64,000 bases of DNA, taken from assembly GCA_001179505.1 (NCBI GenBank), contig CDMY01000218.1:100985-164984 (forward strand), written 5' to 3'. The stretch is from Vitrella brassicaformis CCMP3155. Lineage: Eukaryota > Protista > Chromerida. The first letter of the stretch is position 1, and each line of letters opens with the position of its first letter. Below, one piece after another: positions 49,084-60,648 of the stretch. The notes below the pieces were generated by a model. That model was not told where the DNA came from and made no database searches. It was given only the letters and a program-made list of their open reading frames with translations. Both the position numbers and the translations under genes were made by a program.

Positions 49084-52000
49084 ACAATTAGAATACACCG
49101 CGAGAGACGAAAAGGATACTATATCAATCGAACAGCGAACGTTTGCGTGCTGCGTCCGCGAGGTGGAGACAGCAAGCTTTGGCCATTTCACGTCCAGACC
49201 AGCTTCGAAGCGGCCGGTGTTCAGAAGATGCCTTTTGCCCCTGATGACGTACAGGGGTTCCTGAGGGCTGAGACGGCTTTTGCTGTCACCCGCTGAAGGC
49301 GGGTCAACTTTTGTCTGGTTTCTTTCCAGTTCCCTCAAAAAGGCTTTGTTTGCCAATGTCCCTTCCGTCTCTTCCGTCTCTTCTGTCTCTTCTGTCTCTC
49401 ATACATTTCTCTTCGTTTCTCTTGATTGAGAAGAGTGGGAAGAGTGGGAGACTGCAGAGCAAAAGCGGCGAATATAGAAAAAAAAAGTCAAACAAACAGC
49501 TGCCAGTGCGTGTGTGTGAGTGTGTGTCCCTGTGTGTGTGTGTATGCAGGTGTGTGGCCACAACTTGCCCGTGGGACATCTTATCATCCCCACGTCCATC
49601 AGAGATCCCAGCTTCCAGGTTCCGCCTCCCGTTCTTCTTCATGATTGACAGACAGGGACACACACACTCACGTAGACAGACAGACACAGGGCGAGAGAGG
49701 AGAGAGGGAGGGGGACAGATCTGCTGACAGCGTTAGATAGCTGACCAGCGGGACACACACATGGGGGACACACAGAGTTTTATTGGTCATTTTGGGGTGT
49801 GTGCGTGTGTGTGCGTGTGTGATTTGGGTAATCCCATCGGCTGTCTGTGTGTGGCTGGGCATGCGTGTTGTGTGTCGGTGGATGGATTGCCTGTCTGGCA
49901 TGTGTGGTGGTGGCCGCGCATGTCCATGTCCATGGCCCGGCTGCAGCGTTGCATTCACATACCCATGGATGGATGGATGGATGGACCATTTTCGTTGCTT
50001 TACACCATCAAGCGAAGCGCACCACGGACAGGTTGACGTACATGCAGAGTTGGGCCTCTTAGACACACACACACACACGCACACGCACACACCACACACA
50101 TACATGTTCACCCAACCCGCCCAACCCCACACCCGTCCCTTACATCCGTTCTTGTCCAAGCGCGATGACACGCCTCACGTCAGCAACTGGCCTGCCTTGT
50201 TAAGCATCCACATCATGACGGGCTGTTTGCCCACCAATGATAGTTCAGGACCACAGAAATGCAAACAACACTGTCTGCGTACCGAAATCTAGCCGGCATC
50301 AAATCCGAAAAGGTCATCAAAAATGCCATCATCGAATCGGGCTCAAAGTAGTCATCTAAAGCGCCTGGATCGGGTCGTGGACCGGGCTCCGCAGGAGCGG
50401 GCACTAGTGGCTGCCGTGCCGTCGGGGCCGGGGAAGAGATCGGACGATGTGGCTACGGGACTGACGCACACCTCACCCAGGGGATACCCTGAACCCACCA
50501 ACCATACCGACACCTCCTGAACACGGCCACACACACAGAGACAGATGGGAAAAGGGGATGGGGTTGGCTAGCTAGTTGGCTGACCACGTCTGCGTCTTGA
50601 TCAGTGACTGGGAAGATGGCGATGGGCAGCTCCTCATCGATTAGCGGCACGATGGCTAAATCCTCATCCACGTTGGGATCGTCATCGCTCTCAGTCGCTC
50701 TCAGCATCGCTGCCGCCCACAATGAAGCTGCATTCGTGTGTGCATGACCCGACGCACAATCAAATGAGTCTCGCGCTATCCGCTAGCCCCGGCCCGACTN
50801 NNNNNNNNNNNNNNNNNNNNNNNNNNNNNNNNNNNNNNNNNNNNNNNNNNNNNNNNNNNNNNNNNNNNNNNNNNNNNNNNNNNNNNNNNNNNNNNNNNNN
50901 NNNNNNNNNNNNNNNNNNNNNNNNNNNNNNNNNNNNNNNNNNNNNNNNNNNNNNNNNNNNNNNNNNNNNNNNNNNNNNNNNNNNNNNNNNNNNNNNNNNN
51001 NNNNNNNNNNNNNNNNNNNNNNNNNNNNNNNNNNNNNNNNNNNNNNNNNNNNNNNNNNNNNNNNNNNNNNNNNNNNNNNNNNNNNNNNNNNNNNNNNNNC
51101 GTACATGCAGAGTTGGGCCTCTTAGACACACACACACACACGCACACGCACACACCACACACATACATGTTCACCCAACCCGCCCAACCCCACACCCGTC
51201 CCTTACATCCGTTCTTGTCCAAGCGCGATGACACGCCTCACGTCAGCAACTGGCCTGCCTTGTTAAGCATCCACATCATGACGGGCTGTTTGCCCACCAA
51301 TGATAGTTCAGGACCACAGAAATGCAAACAACACTGTCTGCGTACCGAAATCTAGCCGGCATCAAATCCGAAAAGGTCATCAAAAATGCCATCATCGAAT
51401 CGGGCTCAAAGTAGTCATCTAAAGCGCCTGGATCGGGTCGTGGACCGGGCTCCGCAGGAGCGGGCACTAGTGGCTGCCGTGCCGTCGGGGCCGGGGAAGA
51501 GATCGGACGATGTGGCTACGGGACTGACGCACACCTCACCCAGGGGATACCCTGAACCCACCAACCATACCGACACCTCCTGAACACGGCCACACACACA
51601 GAGACAGATGGGAAAAGGGGATGGGGTTGGCTAGCTAGTTGGCTGACCACGTCTGCGTCTTGATCAGTGACTGGGAAGATGGCGATGGGCAGCTCCTCAT
51701 CGATTAGCGGCACGATGGCTAAATCCTCATCCACGTTGGGATCGTCATCGCTCTCAGTCGCTCTCAGCATCGCTGCCGCCCACAATGAAGCTGCATTCGT
51801 GTGTGCATGACCCGACGCACAATCAAATGAGTCTCGCGCTATCCGCTAGCCCCGGCCCGACTGCTGCTCTTCCTTCTTACTCATCGATGAAATCAGCGTC
51901 GCCTGTAGACTGCTAGCAGCGACAACAATAGCCCCAGCGCGCTCTGCACCAACCAGCATGCAGACGTCCAACCAGTGACTGACCAGTGAAGGACAATTCG

Positions 52001-52380
52001 CCCTTTGTGCGTCCCACCAGCCCGATGGCGATTGTCCGCACGCCGTTGGCAGGAATCACCTCACATTCGTCAATCACCTCACATTCGTCCCCTTCGTCCT
52101 CGCCAGCTGCAATCACACCAACCCAGACGTCGGTGTGACTCGCGCACCTGGTGGAAAGAGCAGCCTGGACAGGTCTGGCGCTCCCTGAAACGAACAGGCA
52201 CTCAGAGAGCATGTTCAACATTGCGTTGAGCGTCTGTGTCAGCGTGTGTGTCAGCGTGCGGACGTGTGTGAGCGAGCTCAAACTTACCCAGGCCCGCCTC
52301 TGCGAACACGCTGTCTGGCTTCCTCCTGCCGCTCTCCCGAGCCGCCTGGATTGCCCGAAGGATATCATTGATTTGGGGCT
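49078..52380 (-). CDS. Poorly resolved hypothetical gene or repeat-family member (exon-like blocks)
   Basis: Exon-like blocks with GT-AG flanks: QINDILRAIQAARESGRRKPDSVFAEAGL, AGEDEGDECEVIDECEVI.., MLRATESDDDPNVDEDLAIVPL.., TLANKAFLRELERNQTKVDP... A single continuous frame could not be established. Confidence 0.3.
50037..51862. repeat. 763-bp apparently identical duplication flanking a 300-N gap (50037-50799 = 51100-51862)
   Basis: Offset 1063. All ORFs recur identically and the copies abut the gap; probable unmerged contig overlap. Confidence 0.9.
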
Positions 52381-52840
52381 GACCTTGGCAGATGCCTCGC
52401 TGGCCTGTTCACGCGCACCATGCCTACTTATCGGCGAAGTAAACACGTATGTACGAAGGTCGTTCAGGCGTCGAATCGTGCCTTGACCATTCGTGGCTGC
52501 AGAGATCGACAAACAGGCAGACAAACGGGCAGGGAGAGCCAAGAGGGTGTTGTGGTGTTGGGGATGGATGGATGGATGTGTGTGTGTGGTACCTGCTGCC
52601 CGTTGCTTTACGCCAACGATGGCCGTCGACGTGTGGTCTGCATGGGAGAGATCGACACATTGTCGATTAAGTGCGTCCTTATGGACTCCTCACAAGTTTA
52701 CAACGTACAGGCCAACGGTTTCCGGCCCTCTGTCGGTCATTTCTCGGTTATTTATTCTTCAAATACCTCTTCCCCTCCCTCTTCTGCTTCCCTGTCGCTG
52801 GTGGGGCACTCCCCTTTGTCTGCCCAGCATCGTCACCACG

Positions 52841-53353
52841 ATGAGGACCCTCTTCGCCCTTGCCCTTGTAGGCCTGCTCGCCTTGGCGGCAGCACAGGAA
52901 GTGCCTCGCGCCGGCGTGCCTGCACGTCGGCTCCAGTATGGTCCAGCTCCAGCCGATCCGCCAGAGACGCCGCCAGAGATGCCTCCTTACGTTGTGCCTC
53001 CTTACCCCCCATTCTTCGATACGCCGCCAGAGGCGCCGCCAGCTGAGGAGCCGCCAGTTGTGGAGCCGCCAGCTGTGGAGCCGCCAGCTGTGGAGCCGCC
53101 AGCTGTGGAGCCGCCAGTTGAGCAGCCGCCAGTTGACGACGGCACTGACGGTGGTGACGACGACATGCCCGACGACGACGATGATGACGATGATGACGAC
53201 GACGATGATGACGATGATGACGACGACGACGATGACGACGATGATGATGACGACATTCCCGACAACGGCCCTGCTGACGACGACAGCTCGGCTGACGACG
53301 ACGGCCCATGGCTTCTGCTGGCGGAGACCTTTGGAGGACTTTGGCGCCTGTGA
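52841..53353 (+). CDS. Secreted Pro/Glu-rich, poly-Asp protein (single exon, 170 aa)
   Basis: Signal peptide MRTLFALALVGLLALAAAQ, (VEPPA) repeats, uninterrupted run of 28 Asp encoded by mixed GAC/GAT (53171-53254), ending PWLLLAETFGGLWRL*. Confidence 0.85.
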   Translation: MRTLFALALVGLLALAAAQEVPRAGVPARRLQYGPAPADPPETPPEMPPYVVPPYPPFFDTPPEAPPAEEPPVVEPPAVEPPAVEPPAVEPPVEQPPVDDGTDGGDDDMPDDDDDDDDDDDDDDDDDDDDDDDDDDDDIPDNGPADDDSSADDDGPWLLLAETFGGLWRL

Positions 53354-53708
53354 CTGACTGATAAGTGAATGGCTTCTTTCTTCGCTATGTTGAGCGAGCG
53401 AGCGAAGAGGGCTGGACTGCATGTACGTTATGTGGAATGGTACATACTCACGTGTGTGTATTTGTATTTGGCGCTGCGTTGGTCCATTTGGGGGATTTGT
53501 GAGTGCTGAGACAAAGGTTGTCAGATTCTTTTTGTTGTCGCGTGCCCGGGAGGACCGCGTGCGTGTCGTTCGCTGCGTGTCGTGACCGACTTCCTGACAC
53601 ACATGATCCCTTTACCAGTACGATGCACACACAGTCCACATAAACTTCGCATCAGCAGCAGCCAACGCATCGCGACTTTCCCTTTCAGTCAGCTCATCTC
53701 AGGTCATA

Positions 53709-54907
53709 TCAGGTCTTGCCAGCTGAGGCCATGATCCAGTGCAAGTGTGCCCTCAGCTGCCTGGCGGCCGGGTACGTCATGTCTCGCGGAACACCCACAC
53801 GCAGCCTGCACACACACACACACACATGGTCACGCAAGCACACAGATGTGATCCGACCGACACACCTAAGATACTGCAGAGCCTCGTTGACGGGCGGCGA
53901 AAGGTCCGACAAGCCACGCTGCTCTGTACAGACACACACATCCAGCCACATCGACATGTGTCTGCCTGCACGTGTGTGTGCTTGTGTGTTGTGTATTGCC
54001 GACTGACTAACTTACGAGCAGCGTCGGTGCCTTCCAGCAGTGCGTGGCAGACGTGGCGCAGCGCACAGTCCACCTGCTGCGTCCAGTCCTCGTTGCTCTG
54101 GGCGTTCGGATCGGCCAGCGGGGCGCTCACAGGGGGAAAGCCGCCGCTGCCCAGCCCCCGGCTCGCGAACTTGGTGACGGCCGCGTGGTTGGCAAGCAGC
54201 CGAGAGGCCGCCTCTCGACTGATCCAGCGGACAGACCAGCGGACAGACAGACAGACAGACAGACAGACATTCGCTCACACATTGATTGCATGGGAGAAGG
54301 AAGGCTTCCTTCCCTACCTACCTGGCCTGTTTCTCGTTGTAGTCTTTGGGCAGTGGCTCAATCATCTGTGTGTCTTGCTGCTTCAGGGGCCAGTCCCACG
54401 CGCCGTTCTGGCCGTCGATGGTCGCACGGAAAGGGGCACCTGCCATGCACACCAACGCGTCCGTCCACGAAAGAAAGAATGCCTGCCTGCCATGCGTGTG
54501 TGCAGGGAGGTAGTACCTTCCAGCAGCTTGCCGCAGGGGCCTGTGTGTGGGTGGATGGAGCACACGAAACGTTCACAGACAACACATCCGTCCATGTGTC
54601 GAGTTCCTTTGCTCCGCTCCTTCCGTTGCGTACCGACTTGTGGAGGCAGATCCTGACAGTGGGTGTAGTCTGTGTGATGGACACACATCAGGTGCACACA
54701 CACATAGCTCTACAGAGCACTTTCACAGAGCCAGTGGACTGACTCACAGTCGCTCTTGATGTATTTGAATGTCGGTCTGCTCTCCATGGCGTCGAACCAT
54801 CGCTCCACATTCGGCCACCGGCCCTCGCCCCGCACCACCAAGCCCTTGAAGTAGGGCAGCGACGCCGCCATCCGCTGACACATAGACACAAGCACACGTG
54901 CATGCCT

Positions 54908-54943
<36 letters not shown>

Positions 54944-56586
54944 TATGTGTGTGCGCACCGCACCTCCAGGAAGCTGGTATACATGAGATCGACGAGTGAT
55001 ATGTCGTCGCCGAGGAAGTAGGGGCCGTCGTCGAACTGATCGAGCGCCTTGTCCACACTACACACACACACACACACATGGCAGGCAGCCGTGTAAGTTC
55101 GCCGTCTCACGACTGACTGACTCCCGGGTGCGCTGCGCACCTGTCCATCGTCTGCACAAATTGCGCCTTCATTCGGTCGCTCGGACCACTACCTGCCGCA
55201 GACACACACCACACCCAATCACACACATCAAGAAGCGTACGTATCTCATATATTGGACACTCACTTGTGAGCCAGCCCAGCCATGCGCTGAACAGCTGAC
55301 GCTCCAGCCGCAGCAACGGACCCACTGACACACAGACACACGCACGGGCGCACGCACACATATTGGAAAAGAAAGTCGATACGAATCCTGTGTGAGCACA
55401 CACACCTGCGCTTGATTTCTCTGTGCCCGGTTTGGGCAGCAGGGGCTTGTGGTCGGGGAAGCGCTCCTCAATCGCCTGCATGATGTCGTTGGACTCGGTG
55501 ATGACTTGGCCGTCGATCTTGCACACGGGCAACATCCCTGTGTCCGCACACATAATGCGCGCAGGCTCGCGCACGCAAAGTGCTTCTCCCTGCGTACCTC
55601 CTGGACAGATGTCCAAGAACCATCGTGGCTTGGCGCCGTAGCACCTGACGACCCAGCACATGATGATCAGAGTGCCTACACCACACCGCTGACCCGCACC
55701 TGAGAGGCACTTTCTCCACCCTGTAAGGGATCTGCTTCTCCTCCAATTGCAGCCACACCTGAATCACCCCATCAATCCATCCACGCACACGTGCGCATCG
55801 CATGCACCCCCTGCTCATCTGTGTGTTCTATGTTGGTATGTGTTGAGCGACCTTTTCGCAATAAGGGCACCATGCGGCCGAGTCCCTGTAGAGCGTCACG
55901 CGATCGGCCGCCTTCTCGTCGGTCGAGTCGAACAGGCGGATGGACGCCCACGGGGTCGGGTAGGGACCTAAACGAACACACACACACGCACCCATATGCA
56001 CACATCTCGCTCACACACTGACTGCGTCATTCATCATCACCTCTGCCCTGGTCCCTCATCGCGTTGAAGGCTCTCTCTTCCTGTGTCAACATTGACGACA
56101 ACTCAGCCCATGAGGGAGCCCTTCACACGACACGACACAACACAGCAGACAGACATTCCCATCTGTGTCTGTGTGTTCTCTCCATGGGTGTGTACTGTAC
56201 CGGTCATTCTGCAGTGTGGGCGCGTTCGGTGCGCTCTTGCCGAACAGGAGGGAGGAGACCGCCTGCATCGGGCTGCTGCTCGACAGGGAGGTGCGCTGCC
56301 CTGGCAAACCCCAAACAGACAAACAGACAGGCAAACATGCGCATCTATGACTGCACGTCATTTTGGCTCCTCAGACAACATGCACAGATTGGCATGAAAC
56401 ACACACAATGAACACACATGGACAGACACACTGTGCGCCTGTCTGTGTGTCTGTCTGCCTGCGGTGCACAGCCCGTCCCGTACCTCTGGTAGATCCGATC
56501 TGCTTGGTGCAGGTGTATGTGTAGCCGCACACACCCAGGAACAGCAGGGGCGACGAAAGCAATGCCGCGCGCCGGATAAAGAGCAT
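53709..56586 (-). CDS. Glutathione S-transferase-like protein with CPYC motif (algal/cyanobacterial type), probable bipartite plastid leader
   Basis: Spliced [140 protein letters not shown]. Leader MLFIRRAALLSSPLLFLGVCG joins in phase to GQRTSLSSSSP. Confidence 0.88.
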
Positions 56587-56625
56587 TGGAGAGGCTCCCA
56601 CGGGTGCGAGCTCAGAAGTGAAGCA

Positions 56626-59600
56626 ATGGTCCCAAGCAGTCAGCAAATGCGAAGGAGCCGGGAGCACATGGAGAAGAGCGGACTCACTGCGTTGACAGTT
56701 CGAAGAGATAGAGCAGCGTATGACATGGAGGTGCGTATGACATTGTACGTGTGTGTGGTTTGCTTGTGTCACTCACGCCGTCTGCTGTGTGTGCTTGTGT
56801 GTTTATGCTTGTGCTTGTGCTTGTGTGTGTGCAGGACGACGATGTGTACATGGAGCGGTCCGAATCTGCTCCAACCGGTCGGAATGGTGGCGCTTCATGG
56901 AGAGTCTGGAGGTCAGTCAGCCATACAGCGCAGCAGAATTCATATGCACCTTGTACGCTCTTGTGTGTGTGTGTGTGTGGTTTCGTCAGGCCTGTGTATC
57001 GGTGTGTGATTGGGTGTATTGGCTTGTTGGGTTTGGGCCTTAGCGTATACCTCACAGTCGGTCATTACAGGCACGTCGGCTGTCTGTCATCAACACGTGC
57101 AGTGCGGTGCTGTGCGACCGCCATGCTCTCTCTCTTTGTGTGTGTGTGTGTGCAGGGAAGAAGAGGGCTCATCATGTCCCACAGGGGGATGTAACACAGT
57201 GACGACAGGTAGGTAGGTATGTGTGTGTGGATGAACACTCACACCGACTGTGTGTGTACGGGACGGCGGGGGATGCATGTCTGTCTGTCTGTCCCATCCA
57301 CGACGCGAACACACACAGGTCCCTACTCCCACATCATGTCTGTGCCCCTGTCTTCCCTCGGCGCGCTGGCGTACCTCGTCGTCATTGCGCTCTCACTCGG
57401 GGCATTCCCATGTGTGCCGACGGTAGGCGCCCAGGTGCTCGCGGGGGTGTGTGCGTTACGATCTCTGCATGTGGATGCGCGCGTGTGTGTGTGTGTGTGT
57501 GGTTTGGTTTCAGGTGTGGCGCGTTCCTCCGAAGAAGGATGTCAACATGACTGGGTGAGTGGTCATGGTATGCATCATCTGCGGTGCACGCCCTGCATGG
57601 TCTATACTCGCTGCTCATGCAGCCCTGTGCGTCACCATGTGTACCGCAGGACGGGCGACACCAACGGCAGCGACAGCCGGGCAGAGAGGGTCAACAGGGT
57701 GCTCCTGCTGGTCGTCATCGCCAGCATGGCCACCTTCTCGTACGCAATACAAAACAACCGAGCGTACGCGATAGGGCGTCTGCGTCTTTGTGTGATCAGT
57801 TCGTATCTGATGCTTCTCATGTATGGGGTCATTCACGAAATTTGCCCCTGGTGATGCAATGCAGCAGACAGACGTGTGTGTGTGACTGAACAAACGAAAC
57901 GTGCCGTTTGTGTGTGTGGCTGTGCGTGTGGTGTGTGTGCAGGTGCCTCACTTCGGCCGTTTGCTGCTTTTCGATGTTCGTGATTGCGGTGTGCACGAGA
58001 CTGGTGCCGCAGTACACAAAGGTAGGGAGGAAGGGAGGGACGCGCACACAGACCTACCTACCTACCTACACAGCGCATGCACATACACGTCCTTGTGTGT
58101 GCGACAGATGGTGACGATTGTGCTGTCGACAATGCTGGTCATCGCCTTGGGCGCCTGGGGCGTCTACCAGGTCTGTCTCACAGACAGACAGACGAACGAG
58201 AATGCACGTCACGTCTATGTGTGTGTGCAGGTCCAGAGGCACCAGGAGAGGGTCGCTCTGGGCCTGCATGGGCCGTCGACCGACGACGCAATGGCGCTGG
58301 CTGAACACCTGAGAGACGAGGGTACGCACACGCATTGACACACAAGACTGGATCGATGGACATCTGTGTGTGTGTGTGTGTGTGAAGGGGTGACGATGTA
58401 CGGCAGCCACTACTGTGGCCATTGCCTGGAACAGAAGGAGGAGTTTGGCAAGGACGCCTTCAAGGTCATCGACTACGTCGAATGCGCGCCGGGTACTTCA
58501 CTGACTACTTGCCCTGCCCTGCCCACACATAGAGACAGACCTGCGTTGGCACATTTCGTTGCTGAATTGTGTGGCGTCTGCAGACCAAAAGGACAGCCAA
58601 AGCAAGAAGTGCCAGGACAAAGGAGTAAGCGGACAACAAACACAAACACGTGTGTCATGCCTCCACCACGTACGTGTCTCTACCTCTCTCTCAGCTGACG
58701 GGCCTCCCCGCGTGGGAAATCGACGGCAAGATCTTATACGGCGACAGATCCCTCTCAGAGGTGTGCTCACACTTCCACACACGGCATAGCATACACACGT
58801 CTGTCTGCACAACTCACTCTCACCTCCCTTTGTCTCGCCCTTCAACAGCTGGCCCGGCTGACAAAGTTCATCCTGCCCTCTCAACGAGCTGGGCAGATAC
58901 AGCAGCAGCGGGATGAAAAGCCTGCTGCTGCTGCTGCTCCTGCTGCTGCTGCTCCTGCTGCTGATGCCCCCGCTGCCGCCGCCCCTGCTGCACCAGTATC
59001 TCCTGCACAGGCAGAGAGACAAAACCAGGGAGGCCTGTGGGCGGGGGAGCTCATGGACAGAAAGGGGCTTGCAGAGAGGTGAGCAAAGGTGGGTGGATGG
59101 CTGTGATTTGACGGCGGTGATGTGATGTGATCTGGTGTGTGTGTGTGTGTGTGTGTGTAGGGTGGCCCTGCAGCTGGCGTCGATAGGCAGCGTGATGTAT
59201 GGCTCCAACCACTGCGGGCACTGCAAAGACCAAAAGAAGGTGCGCACGTGTGTGTCCGCGTCGTTTCCTGTGGATGGATGGATGGATGGATGGCTGGATG
59301 TGTTTGTGGTTGTTTGCGCCTGTCAGGACTTCGGCGAGTCGTTCGAGCACCTCTCGAGGAACGGTGGGTGGGTGGAGTGCAGCACGATGATCAGAGGCCA
59401 CAATGCCAGCCTCTGCAAGAAGAAACAGGTAACACACCAGTGAGGGGCGTGGCTGGTGCACGGACCTGCTGTTCCACACACAGGTGCGTGTACTCATGCG
59501 GGTCTGTCGCCGTGTGTGTGTGTGTGCGGACAGATTCAGTCGTATCCCACGTGGGAGATTTTCGGCAAGTTCTTCAGGGGAAGAAAACCCATGCAGCAGC

Positions 59601-60648
59601 TGGCGACACTCGGTAGGTAGTACCCACCCCGTGCGCCCGCTGTCCATGTGTGTGTTTTTTTTTGTGCGTGTCAGCCGGTCTGGAAACGATCGACGAGCTG
59701 AGAGAAAGAGGTGACGTGACATACAGACCACACACAGCAGCACACACAGAGCGCGGCTGTGCATTCCTCTCGGTGNNNNNNNNNNNNNNNNNNNNNNNNN
59801 NNNNNNNNNNNNNNNNNNNNNNNNNNNNNNNNNNNNNNNNNNNNNNNNNNNNNNNNNNNNNNNNNNNNNNNNNNNNNNNNNNNNNNNNNNNNNNNNNNNN
59901 NNNNNNNNNNNNNNNNNNNNNNNNNNNNNNNNNNNNNNNNNNNNNNNNNNNNNNNNNNNNNNNNNNNNNNNNNNNNNNNNNNNNNNNNNNNNNNNNNNNN
60001 NNNNNNNNNNNNNNNNNNNNNNNNNNNNNNNNNNNNNNNNNNNNNNNNNNNNNNNNNNNNNNNNNNNNNNNNNNNGTGTGTGTGTGTGTGTGTGTGTCCA
60101 CGTGCAGGTGTGACGCTCTACACCTCATCGGACGCCTCGTGCGAGCCATGCGCCGAGCAGAAAAAGATGCTGGGGACGGCCGGTGCGCAATCCAATCCAA
60201 TGCACTCTCTGCAGCTGTCAACCGCATGAATTCTTGTGGTGAGTTGTGTGCAGGCAACGAGGCGATCCACATAATTGAGTGCCCACCATCCAGCCGCAGC
60301 AATGGTGATGACGACAGTGTTGCGGTTGCTGCTGCGGGCGACAAGAGTGGGCCACTAGATAGGAAGAAGCAAAGGCGGCGGCTGCAGCAACACGACGAAC
60401 CTGACGAGCCAGATGACGATCCATGTGTAAAGGTATGGCTGACTCACAGACATAAACAGAGAGCCGTCAGCAGAGAGAGCTGTAGCGCATGTCATGTGTG
60501 GGTGTGTTTGCCCATACTGCAGGTGTCTGGCCACAGCCTGCCCGTGTGGGAATTCCCATTAACCCCTGTGGCCTCATCCGAGCCTCGGCTGCTGGACGGT
60601 CCTCTTTCACTTGAGCAGCTGCAGAAACACCTGAGTGACACTGACTAA
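56626..60648 (+). CDS. VKOR domain fused to three thioredoxin-like domains (LTO1-like)
   Basis: VKOR: SCPTGGCNTVTTGPYSHIMSVPLSSLGALAY and ICPWCLTSA. Trx1: MYGSHYCGHCLEQKEEFG..YVEC..C..LPAWEIDG. Trx2: MYGSNHCGHCKDQKKDFG..WVEC..C..YPTWEIFG. Trx3: LYTSSDASCEPCAEQKKMLG..IIEC..PC..LPVWEF..GPLSLEQL. Start codon uncertain. Confidence 0.85.
59776..60075. other. Assembly gap (300 N); other gaps at 18764-19063, 50800-51099 and 62353-62391
   Basis: Runs of n in the sequence. Confidence 0.99.

Noticed and set aside
50037-51862. Apparent tandem gene duplication (identical ORFs at offset 1063)
   Set aside because: Copies look identical and directly flank a fixed-size 300-N gap, which is typical of an unmerged contig overlap.
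53171-53254. CRISPR-like or satellite array
   Set aside because: Trinucleotide coding repeat (poly-Asp) with no repeat-spacer structure. No CRISPR, rRNA or tRNA was recognised anywhere in the window.
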